In this document: in pieces, positions 9,336 through 18,300 of the stretch
How the letters are laid out: the number at the start of each line of letters is the position of its first letter
Numbering within the stretch: the first letter of the stretch is position 1
From: an uncultured Actinomycetota bacterium
Lineage (GTDB): Bacteria > Actinomycetota > Actinomycetes > Propionibacteriales > Nocardioidaceae
Length of the DNA stretch: 64,000 nucleotides
Assembly: GCA_963723195.1 (NCBI GenBank)
Contig: CAVRPU010000014.1
Location: 151,922 to 215,921, forward strand
Reading direction: 5' to 3'
Translations under genes and position numbers: made by a program
Notes under the pieces: model-generated
Told to the model about the DNA's origin: nothing
What the model saw: the letters and a program-made list of their open reading frames with translations, nothing else
Databases searched by the model: none

Positions 9336-10380
9336 AGTCGGCCCTCGAAGAGTCGCCGCACCCCCGGGGTCGCCCGGAGCACGTCGAGGGCGTACGTCGC
9401 GTGGCCCGGCACGTAGCCGTTGCCGACCAGCATCGTCACGTCGGCGGCCAGACCCTCCGCGCCGAGCGCGGCGGCGGAGAACGAGGTGGCCATGGAGAAG
9501 AAGATGACCGTGCCACCCTCGGCCGTGGCCAGGACTGCGCCGCCCTCGCAGCCGGGGACGTCGACGCAGACGACGGTGATGTCGGCGAGGCCACCGGTCG
9601 CGGCGACCGCGTCGCGCAGCGCGATCGGGTCGCGTGCGTCGGCGACCACGACGTCGTCGGCGATCTCGGCCGCACGCAGCAGCGCGGCCTCGCGCTCGTG
9701 CGGGAACGACGCCGATCGTGCGGTGGGCTCCGGCTCTGCGCGCGGCGGCCAGGCTCAGCGAGCCCGACTTCCCCGCCCCACCGATGACCGCGACGACCGG
9801 CTGCTCGTAGCGCGGCCACGATGCGGTGGGTGAGGGCGGGGGCGCCGCACACGTCCATCACGGCCAGGCTGAGAGTGGGGTCGAGGTCGTCGGGGATCAC
9901 CGCGGCGATCGACCGGCCGAACAGCACGGCGTACCCGTCGCACGGGACCTGCTCCGAGGTGCCGTCCCAGCGCTCGAGGCCGTCCTCGATCACCAGCGGT
10001 GTCAGGGTCAGCGAGACGAGGGTGGCTACCTTGTCGCCCACCTGCAGGCCGAGGGGGGACTTCTCCCCCACCTCCTCGACGGTGCCGACGAGCATCCCGC
10101 CCGAGCCGGTCTCGGGGTTCTGCATCTTGCCGCGGGTCGCGACGATCTCGAGGACCTCCTGGCGCACGAGGGCACCGTCGCCGCCGTGCGTGCGCTCCAG
10201 CTGGCGGAACGACGCTGCGTCGAGGTTGAGCCGCTCGACCCGCACGCGGACCTCGTCGGGCCACAGCTCCTTGCGGGTGTCGAGACGCCCTGCCGCCTGC
10301 GGGAGCACGAGTCGCTCGTCGAGCACCCGGTGCAGGCCCGTCGGGTCACCCGTCGCCGTACGCTCACTGACCGATTTCAC
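9332..10380 (-). pseudogene. kdd: L-erythro-3,5-diaminohexanoate dehydrogenase, two apparent 1-nt insertions
   Basis: GTG 10380 follows GGAGGA. The product is VKSVSERTATGDPTGLHRVLDERLVLPQAAGRLD...GKMQNPETGSGGMLVGTVEEVG...MDVCGAPALTHRIV, then a shift (about 9811-9817) to RYEQPVVAVIGGAGKSGSLSLAAARRAG, then a shift (about 9701-9703) to HEREAALLRAAEIADDVVVADARDP...GNGYVPGHATYALDVL. The length of 1049 nt is not divisible by 3. Confidence 0.75.
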
Positions 10381-10540
10381 CGGTCGTCCTCCATCGAAGT
10401 TGTAGTCTGGCCGCAAATTCTCCGGCGCGGCATTGGACTTGCCGGAGGCTGTCCGCCTACTCTGGCATGAGCGACGCGCGTCCCACAACCGACGCGCCTG
10501 CTTCCGCGCCGCCGAGCACCCGCACGCCCAAGGAGCGACC

Positions 10541-12022
10541 ATGAGCATCGAGACCGTCCGCGGCTCCCTCGACCAGCAGGGGGACCCGCAGGTCTACACA
10601 GGCCAGCCCTACCCCTACGCACGCGTCGAGCTGGTCGAGCCCGACTGGACGCGCTTCCCGGGGTGGCGCGACGTGACGGCCGAGGACTGGGCGTCGGTGC
10701 AGTGGCAGCGGGCGCACTGCGTCAAGAACGTCAAGCAGCTGCGCGAGCTCATGGGCGACCTGCTCGACGAGCGCTTCTACGCCGACCTCGAGCGCGACCA
10801 GGCCGAGCGGGCCACCATGTCGATGCTCGTGCCGCCGCAGATGATGAACACGATGGCTCCCGACGTCGAGCCGTCGGGCGCGGGCTCGCTCACCGACGCG
10901 TTCTACGCCGACCCGGTGCGCAACTACATGATCCCGGTCTTCTCCGACCGCCGTACCGACTGGGCCTCGCACCCCCACGCCACCCGCGACTCGCTGCACG
11001 AGCACGACATGTGGGCCACCGAGGGACTGACGCACCGCTACCCCACCAAGGTGCTCGCCGAGCTGCTCCCGACCTGCCCGCAGTACTGCGGCCACTGCAC
11101 CCGGATGGACCTCGTCGGCAACTCCACGGCGGTCATCGACAAGCTCAAGTTCGTCGGCAAGCCGAACGACCGGCTCGGCGACATGCTGGACTATCTCCGG
11201 CGTACGCCGTCGGTGCGCGACGTCGTGGTCTCCGGCGGCGACGTGGCCAACATGCCGTGGCCCCGGCTCGAGTCGTTCATCACCGACCTCCTCGAGATCG
11301 AGAACATCCGCGACATCCGCCTGGCCACCAAGGCGCTGATGGCGCTGCCGCAGCACTGGCTGCAGACCGACGTCGTCGACGGGATGGGGCGCGTTGCCTC
11401 GATCGCCCGCGCCCGGGGTGTCTCGATCGCCATCCACACCCACGTCAACCACGCCAACTCCGTGACGCCGCTGGTGGCCGAGGCGACCCGCGCGATGCTG
11501 GACACCGGCATCCGCGACGTGCGCAACCAGGGCGTCTTGATGAGTGGCGTCAATGCCGACCCGCACACCCTGCTCGACCTGTGCTTCCGGCTGCTCGATG
11601 GTGCGCAGATCATGCCCTACTACTTCTACATGTGCGACATGATCCCGTTCTCGGAGCACTGGCGCGTCTCGGTCGCCGACGCCCAACGACTGCAGCACCA
11701 CATCATGGGCTACCTGCCGGGCTTCGCGACACCGCGCATCGTCTGCGACGTGCCGTTCGTCGGCAAGCGCTGGGTACACCAGCTGGCCGACTACGACACC
11801 GAGCGCGGCATCTCGTACTGGACCAAGAACTACCGGACCTCCATCGAGGCTGCCGACCCCGAGGCGCTGAACCGGACCTACGAGTACTACGACCCGATCC
11901 ACACCCTTCCTCCCGCCGGCCAGGCCTGGTGGGAGCAGCACGGTCGTCTCGACGAGTCCGCCCTGAAGGCTGCCGAGGTCGCCGAGGCCTCCCGCCGGAT
12001 GGCCGCTCTCCAGGCCCACTGA
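10541..12022 (+). CDS. kamA: Lysine 2,3-aminomutase (KamA-family radical SAM enzyme)
   Basis: ATG 10541 follows AAGGAG. The radical-SAM motif CPQYCGHCTR is present, with flanking KamA signatures (LTHRYPTKVLAELLPTCP, VVVSGGDVANMPW, IRLATKALMALPQ, VRNQGVLMSGVN). The gene is intact. Confidence 0.9.
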   Translation: MSIETVRGSLDQQGDPQVYTGQPYPYARVELVEPDWTRFPGWRDVTAEDWASVQWQRAHCVKNVKQLRELMGDLLDERFYADLERDQAERATMSMLVPPQMMNTMAPDVEPSGAGSLTDAFYADPVRNYMIPVFSDRRTDWASHPHATRDSLHEHDMWATEGLTHRYPTKVLAELLPTCPQYCGHCTRMDLVGNSTAVIDKLKFVGKPNDRLGDMLDYLRRTPSVRDVVVSGGDVANMPWPRLESFITDLLEIENIRDIRLATKALMALPQHWLQTDVVDGMGRVASIARARGVSIAIHTHVNHANSVTPLVAEATRAMLDTGIRDVRNQGVLMSGVNADPHTLLDLCFRLLDGAQIMPYYFYMCDMIPFSEHWRVSVADAQRLQHHIMGYLPGFATPRIVCDVPFVGKRWVHQLADYDTERGISYWTKNYRTSIEAADPEALNRTYEYYDPIHTLPPAGQAWWEQHGRLDESALKAAEVAEASRRMAALQAH

Positions 12023-12041
12023 GGCCGGCGGGGGTGTGTTG

Positions 12042-12125
12042 GTTTACCCGGCCGCCCGGGTAAACCGACGGTTGTCAGCCGAAGTTTCGGCCGACAACCG
12101 ACAGAGTTGACTGACAACCCTCGCG
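12042..12125. repeat. Left arm of an approximately 84-bp inverted repeat flanking the DUF559 gene
   Basis: Perfect hairpin gtttacccgg-ccgc-ccgggtaaac (12042-12065, 20 nt after the kamA stop), followed by the ggttgtcag/ctgacaacc palindromic module (12070-12125). Its reverse complement matches 13157-13240 at about 70-80% by manual alignment. Confidence 0.8.
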
Positions 12126-13073
12126 CTACGCGGCCATCGGCCGGAACATCGCGCGGATGCGCCCGGCCGTGCGCTCCGGGTGGTAGAGGTCCGCCCAGGT
12201 GATCCGTATGCATCGCCAGCCCGTAAGCTCGCAGATCATCTCTTCTCGGCGCTTCTCCCGCAGCACCGCGTCGGCCACCGACTCGCCAGATCTCCGGTGC
12301 AGCAGGTACTTCTCCCTGCCGTCGAACTCCAGGAAGAGCCCCAGACTGGGCCACGCCAGATCAACACGCGCCACCGTGTTGCCGGCCCTGTCGACGATCT
12401 CGAACTGCGGAACGGGTGCCGGAAGGCGCTGCTTACGGCACAGGTGGCGACTGCGGGTCTCGCCGACCGACTCCGACCGTCCGTCGGCCAGCCGCACGAT
12501 CAGGTCCGACCGGAGGGTGTCCGGCCAGAACTCCATCCGCTTGACCATCGCGTCGAGCTGCATCGGCGTCGTGAGCCTGCGGTGTAGGCAGCTGTCGATC
12601 ACCACCAGGGCGTGCTCGACATCGACGAGCGTCGTCAGCTCGATACAGGCGCGCGTGGGACTCGTGACCGCGAGTCCGTGCCGCTGACGGACATCGCCGG
12701 CCGCGACCAGCCCACGGTGCTGCCGAACACCGGCAGCCGAACGTCCGGCCCTGCCGTCGAGTCGCGTCAGGTCGACGACATCCAACGGGATATCCCAGAC
12801 GTCGGCCCCCCACTCGTTCACGGCCCCGAGGTGGGACAGCACGACGGGGACCTTGGCCTGCCGAAGAACGGCGCGGCACTTGACCGCGTACTTGGCGCGA
12901 TCGTCAAGCTCGCCCCAGGTCGCTGCAGAGACATACGCGCCGTGCCGGACACGGTGCAGCTCGCCCCCTCGCAGCATCGCGGCGATGGCGCGGTCGTCGT
13001 ACCCCATCCCGACGAGGTCGCGCCGCAGCACGACGACACCCGGATCGGAGAGCTGACTGAACTGAACGGCCAC
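12126..13073 (-). CDS. AbiEi_4-like N-terminal domain / DUF559 (Vsr-like endonuclease fold) protein
   Basis: 315 aa. The N-terminus is VVVLRRDLVGMGYDDRAIAAMLRGGELHRVRHGAYV. The C-terminus is FEIVDRAGNTVARVDLAWPSLGLFLEFDGREKY...REKRREEMICELTGWRCIRITWADL. This is the multi-copy actinobacterial DUF559 architecture. Confidence 0.8.
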   Translation of the reverse strand: MAVQFSQLSDPGVVVLRRDLVGMGYDDRAIAAMLRGGELHRVRHGAYVSAATWGELDDRAKYAVKCRAVLRQAKVPVVLSHLGAVNEWGADVWDIPLDVVDLTRLDGRAGRSAAGVRQHRGLVAAGDVRQRHGLAVTSPTRACIELTTLVDVEHALVVIDSCLHRRLTTPMQLDAMVKRMEFWPDTLRSDLIVRLADGRSESVGETRSRHLCRKQRLPAPVPQFEIVDRAGNTVARVDLAWPSLGLFLEFDGREKYLLHRRSGESVADAVLREKRREEMICELTGWRCIRITWADLYHPERTAGRIRAMFRPMAA

Positions 13074-13156
13074 GGCGTACAGGATGCTGAGCGGACGGCG
13101 GTCGCGCCACGCCCGTCCGTCAGCCTGTGGATGACCGCTCCCGGCCTCCGGATCCC

Positions 13157-13240
13157 CGCGAGGGTTGTCAGCTTGTGCCCGCGGTTGTCGGCCGAAGCTT
13201 TCGCTGACAACCCTCGGTTTACCCGGCCGCCCGGGTAAAC
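13157..13240. repeat. Right arm of the inverted repeat flanking the DUF559 gene
   Basis: cgcgagggttgtcag...ggttgtcggccgaa...ctgacaaccctcg followed by the same 24-nt hairpin gtttacccggccgcccgggtaaac (13217-13240), 17 nt from the lrp stop. There is an internal 13-bp stem, gagggttgtcagc (13160-13172) with gctgacaaccctc (13203-13215). Confidence 0.8.
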
Positions 13241-13257
13241 CAAATGTGAGACCCGCC

Positions 13258-13695
13258 TTACGTCACCGGCCGGCTCTCGAAGGGCGTGGAGAGGACGATG
13301 GTGGTGCGTGTGGAGACGTTGGCTGCGGAGCGGATCTCGGCGAGGAGGTTCTCGAGGTCGCCGGGGGTGCCGACGCGGACCTTGAGGATGTAGGACTCGT
13401 CACCGGCGACCGACCAGCAGGACTCGATCGCGCTGATGCCCTGCAGCCGCGACGGATAGTTGTCGGGCTCCGAGGGGTCGATCGGGGTGACCGACACGAA
13501 GGCCGTCAACGGCAGCCCGATCTGGTCGTGGTCGACCGTGGCGCCGTAGCCCTGGATCAGCCCGCGCTGCTCCAGCCGCTTGACCCGCTGGTGGACCGCG
13601 GACGTCGAGAGCCCCGTTGCCTTGCCGAGGTCGGTGAAGGACATCCGGCCGTCGGCGGCCAGCAGGCGGAGGATCTTGCGGTCGGTGTCTTCCAC
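13258..13695 (-). CDS. Lrp/AsnC family transcriptional regulator
   Basis: GTG 13695. The product has VEDTDRKILRLLAADGRMSFTDLGKATGLSTSAVHQRVKRLEQRGLIQGY plus a C-terminal RAM/AsnC_trans_reg domain. Only the last 145 codons of the 430-aa track ORF look coding. Confidence 0.9.
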   Translation of the reverse strand: MEDTDRKILRLLAADGRMSFTDLGKATGLSTSAVHQRVKRLEQRGLIQGYGATVDHDQIGLPLTAFVSVTPIDPSEPDNYPSRLQGISAIESCWSVAGDESYILKVRVGTPGDLENLLAEIRSAANVSTRTTIVLSTPFESRPVT

Positions 13696-13734
13696 GCCGG
13701 ACAGACTAGTCAGGCGCGTGCGTACCGTGGGGCC

Positions 13735-14397
13735 ATGACGCGCATCGCCATCGTCGGAGGCCACGGTCAGGTGGCCCGCCTCCTGCACCCTCTTCTCGTC
13801 GCTGCCGGGCACGTCCCGGTGGCCCTGGTCCGCCGCGAGCGCTACCGCGCAGCCCTCGAAGACGCCGGCGCCGAGGTCCGGCTCCTCGACCTCGAGGCCG
13901 AGGACGCCGCGGGCTACGCCGCGGCGTTCGGAGGGTGTGGCGCCATCGTGTTCGCCGCGGGCGGTGGCCCCGACGGCAACGCCGAGCGCAAGCGCACCGT
14001 CGATCTCGAGGGGTCGTTGAAGTCCGTCGCCGCCGCCCCCATGGCCGGGATCCGCCGCTTCGTCCAGGTCTCGGCGATCGGCGTCGACGAGCCGCCGGCG
14101 CCGGGGGCCGGTGCGGTCTGGGCGGCGTACGTCGAGGCCAAGCGCGAGGCCGATGCCGCGCTGCGGCGCAGCGACCTGGCCTGGACGATCATCAGGCCGG
14201 GCCGGCTTACCGACGAGCCGCCGACCGGTCGCGTCAGTCTGGCCGCGGATCTCCCCCGGGGAGACATCCCACGGGCCGACGTCGCGGCCGTCCTCGCCGC
14301 AGTGCTCGACGACGACGCGACGGTCGGCCACCAATGGGTGCTGGTCGGCGGCCACACGCCGGTGCCGGAGGCGATCGGTCGCGCTGTCGCCGGCTGA
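13735..14397 (+). CDS. NAD(P)H-binding (NmrA/atypical SDR-like) protein
   Basis: ATG 13735. It has a Rossmann start MTRIAIVGGHGQVARLL, later VQVSAIG and WTIIRPGRLTDEP, and is 220 aa. Confidence 0.75.
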   Translation: MTRIAIVGGHGQVARLLHPLLVAAGHVPVALVRRERYRAALEDAGAEVRLLDLEAEDAAGYAAAFGGCGAIVFAAGGGPDGNAERKRTVDLEGSLKSVAAAPMAGIRRFVQVSAIGVDEPPAPGAGAVWAAYVEAKREADAALRRSDLAWTIIRPGRLTDEPPTGRVSLAADLPRGDIPRADVAAVLAAVLDDDATVGHQWVLVGGHTPVPEAIGRAVAG

Positions 14398-14404
14398 TGG
14401 CAGG

Positions 14405-15349
14405 ATGCCTCGCGTGAGCACCACCGCTGGCCCGCGTCTGATGGTCCTCGACACCGCCTCGATGTACTTCCGGGCCTTCTTCGGGGTCCCCGAGATCCAG
14501 GCGCCCGACGGCACCAACGTCAACGCCGTGCGCGGGCTGCTGGAGTTCATTGCCCGGCTGGTCAGCGACTACTCCCCCAGCCACCTGGTCTGCGCGTGGG
14601 ACAACGACTGGCGGCCGCAGTGGCGCGTCGACCTCGTGCCGTCGTACAAGTCCCATCGCGTCGAGTACGTCGTGCAGGGCGACGCCCCGGACGTCGAGGT
14701 GGTCCCGGATCCGCTCGAGGCGCAGATCCCGATCATTCTCGAGGTGCTCGCGGCCCTGGGCATCTGCGTCGTGGGCGCCGACCACTACGAGGCTGACGAC
14801 GTCATCGGCACCCTCGCGACGGGCGCCGACATGCCCGTGGACGTCGTCACCGGCGACCGCGACCTCTTCCAGCTCGTCGACGACGCACGCGAGGTCCGCA
14901 TCCTCTACATCGCGCGCGGAGTCGGTCGCCACGAGCGCGTGACCAACAGCGTCGTCCGCGACAAGTACGGCATCGACGGCGCCCAGTACGCCGACTTCGC
15001 GACGCTGCGCGGCGACGCCTCCGACGGTCTGCCCGGCGTGGCGGGCGTCGGGGAGAAGACAGCCGCCTCGCTGCTGCAGAAGTACGGAGACATCCCCGGC
15101 ATCATCGCCGCGGCCGACGACGACGGGTCCGACCTCGGGCCTGGTCCGCGCGGCAAGATCAAGGCGGCCGCGGACTACCTCGCGGTGGCCCCGACGGTCG
15201 TCGCGGTCGCCCGCGAGATCGACCTCGGGCCGTTCGACGCCACCCTCCCGCGCACCCCCGCCGACCATGCCGCGGTCATCGCCCTGAGCGAGCGGTGGAA
15301 CCTCGAGTCGCCGCTGGCGCGCGTCGTCGAGGCGATGAGCTCGCGCTGA
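14405..15349 (+). CDS. 5'-3' exonuclease (FEN/Pol I N-terminal-like, Rv2090-like)
   Basis: Motifs LMVLDTASMYFRAFFG, AWDNDWRPQWR, ADDVIGTLA, VVTGDRDLFQLV, and H3TH RGDASDGLPGVAGVGEKTAASLLQKYG. Confidence 0.9.
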   Translation: MPRVSTTAGPRLMVLDTASMYFRAFFGVPEIQAPDGTNVNAVRGLLEFIARLVSDYSPSHLVCAWDNDWRPQWRVDLVPSYKSHRVEYVVQGDAPDVEVVPDPLEAQIPIILEVLAALGICVVGADHYEADDVIGTLATGADMPVDVVTGDRDLFQLVDDAREVRILYIARGVGRHERVTNSVVRDKYGIDGAQYADFATLRGDASDGLPGVAGVGEKTAASLLQKYGDIPGIIAAADDDGSDLGPGPRGKIKAAADYLAVAPTVVAVAREIDLGPFDATLPRTPADHAAVIALSERWNLESPLARVVEAMSSR

Positions 15350-15364
15350 TCGCCATCGAACGGG

Positions 15365-18300
15365 CTAGTCCTCCTCCTCGGAGACTCCCAGGTTCTGGCT
15401 GCTGTTCCACTCGGCCAGCGCACGTTGGAACTCGCCGATCTTGGCGTCGAAGGCCGCCACATGCCTCGGGTTCTCGAAGTTCAGCCGGCCGTCCAACAAG
15501 TAGGTGAGGCGTGCATTCGCGTCGGCCGCGGTCCACACGCTCCGGTGCGCCTCCGGGACACCTGGCTCCGAGCCGGGTTCCCCGATGATGATCATCGGCA
15601 TCCACCCCTTGGGAGGCACGGTCCATGAGCTGTCCCAGCGCCCGAACGTGAAGCCCCCCGGAGCCGGCTGTTCAGTCGTGGCACCTGCGCTGGAGTTGGA
15701 GCCACCCGGCACCATGTCCCCACCACGCAGCCGGCCGAGCGATTCGCCGAGGGTGTCGTACCCGGCCCAGCCGGACTCCTGCAGCGTGGCGAGTCGTCGC
15801 CGCAGCTGGACAGTCATGCTCTCGCCCGCCTCGGCACCGTAAGTGTCCGGAAGGTCGACGGGTGCCTCGAGGCCGAGCGCCCTCGGCCGTGCGCTCCACT
15901 GCACGACCGGGGCAGGTGTCTTGCCGATCCGCTGGACGAGCCCGTTCTGGTCGGGCTTGGTGAGCTTGGGTTTGCGGCCGTCGGGGTCGGTGTAGGTGTA
16001 GGAGTTGTGGTGGTTGAGGGTGTAGGTGCTGGTGAGTTGGGGGTCGGTGATGAGGGTGTCTGGGTTGTCGGTGGGGGCGGGGTCGGGGGTGTAGAAGAGC
16101 TGGTGTTTTCCGTCGTACCAGCGTTGGCCGAGGTCGGTGAGGCCGCGGGGGTCGGTGTACTCGCCGTTGAATTGGTAGGGGGTGGTGGTGGTGGTGGCTT
16201 GGTTGATCCAGGTTTCGCCGTTGGGGAAGTATCGAGGTGTTGGGTGATGGTCGGCGTTGGTGTTGGTGGCGAGGTTGGTGTTGCCGGTGGCGTCGGGGTG
16301 GAGGTAGGTGGTGGTGGCGGTGGGTGCCGGTCGCCGGTGGTGGAGGCGAGGCGGCGGCCGTCGGCGTGGATGGTGTTTGGTGAGCGGCGTTGTTGGTGCA
16401 GGTGAGCCAGGGGTTGACGTGGAAGGTGGCCGCCGTGGTCTTGTCCGCGGCTGGAGCGGGTGCCGGTGTGGTCGTAGGTGTAGGTGGTCGGTGTCGCCGC
16501 CGGCTCCGCTGGCGTGAGTCGTTGATGGCGGTGAGCCGGTTCTCGGCGTTCCAGGTGAGCCGGCGGATCTGGCCGTCGGGGAGCTGAGGCGGGTGAGGTT
16601 GCCGTTGGCGTCGTAGGTCGAGGGTGCGGCCGTCGTGGCTGGTGCGTTGGTGTTGGTGGTCGGCGGAGTACCCGATCCCCGCTGGTGCCACCGGCCCCGC
16701 CGAGGGTGTAGGTGGTGGCGGGGATGGGGTTGCGGCAGCCGGGGGTGGTGCAGTCGGGGGTCCTGGGTCCAGTCGGTCTGGGTCTTGGCGGTCAGGTTGC
16801 CGGTGGCGTTGTGGTAGCCCAGGGTGGTGTGGTAGCGGCGGTGGCTGGGTGGCGGTCGTAGTCCCGGTGGCCGTGGGCGGCGGTGATCTGGTCGTAGCCG
16901 TCGAGGGTGAAGGTCATGGTCGACCGGCCCGCCCACCACGCCACCGGTGACGGGGAGGCTGGTTGTGGTAGCCGGTGATGTTGCCGATCGAGTCGAAGTC
17001 GTAGTCGTAGGTCTGGATCGCCAGCGTCTGGTTCCAGGTGACCGCCGTGCGCGCGGCTTGGTGGCTGGTGGCGCCGGGGCTGCGTTGGAGGGTGTAGGTG
17101 GAGGTCTTCTTCTTGGCGTTCGAGGGCGACCCGGTTGGTGACGGTCATGGTCTCCGCGTTGGGGGTGTCCGTGTCGATGGTGATGGTGAACGGCACCTCG
17201 GTGGGGGGGTTGGTGGTCTCGACCGTGACGCGCAGGGTGGTGGTGTCCGCGTCGAGGGCGGTGTCGGTGAGCTGCCCGACGGGCGACGGGTCGGGTGGCG
17301 TGTCTGGCGTGTCGAGCCACCGGGTTTCGGGTTGGTAGCTGTAGTCGGTGTGGTGATCTGGTTGCCGAGGGTCTCGGTGGCGATGGCGCCGTACTGGTCG
17401 TAGCCGCGGTCGGCCAGGTAGTCCCGCGGTCAGGGCACGTGGCGCCGATGCCGGTGCGTGCCGGTGATCCGGTCCAGGCGGCCGCCGTGGTCGTAGCGGT
17501 AGGTCAGGGTCTCGCCGGGCGGCGGGGTCGTTGCCGGTGGCCGGTGGGAGCGCCGACGGTGTGCAGCCGGCCGAGCCAGTCGTGGGTGAAGGTGGTCTCC
17601 ACGGTGCCGTGGCCCCACTTCGATCCGGCTCATCCGGGTCTTCTCGGTGGCGATGTTGCCGTAGGCGTCGTAGCCGAGGTCCTGGGTCTTCGCGCCGTCG
17701 ACGATCCGGGTGATGCGCCCCCGCGGTACCGTTCCCGGTGGTGGTGTTGGTGTCGTTCCAGGTGTAGGTGATGTCCGGGGTCGGGTTGGCGGTGTCGGGG
17801 TAGTCGATGTGGCGGAGCCGGTCGCCGAACGCGTAGGTGTACGGTGGTCCGTGGTGCGCCGGGTGATGGTGGCGCGTTGGTTGGGGGTCTGCTGGCTGGC
17901 CCGGTTGCCGTAGGGGTCGTAGCCGTAGTCGATGCGGCCGCCGTCTTGGCTGGTGGTGGAGGTCCGCCGGCCGGCGAGGTCGTAGGTGTTGGTCTGCTGG
18001 ACCCGGCCGGCCTGGGTCGACGCCGAGGAGCTGGCCCAGCGGCGTCGAGGCGGTAGCCGGTGGCGCACCGGTGGCTGGCCCGGCGGCGATGTCCTCGTGG
18101 AGCCGGGTCTGGCCGCGGGTGTCGGTGTAGGTGGCCTGGGTGCGGCCGCGGTCGTTGGTGGCGCCGGTGCGCAGCAGCGGGAGGCCGTCGCGGGTGGTGA
18201 TCTGGTAGGTCCCAGGTGGTGGTCGCGACCGACTCGTCGATCCCGGGGGTGGCGGGGTCGTCGACCCGGTCCAGCGGGGTGGTCGCTCGGACGGGTTCGT

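Noticed and set aside
10381-10540. Lysine riboswitch (L-box) in the kdd-kamA divergent intergenic region.
   Set aside because: At only 160 nt shared by two divergent promoters, the region is shorter than an L-box. I recognised no conserved L-box helices.
15350-15364. Search for an immunity gene or terminator between the toxin stop and the exonuclease stop.
   Set aside because: Only 15 nt separate the convergent stops, so there is no room for either.
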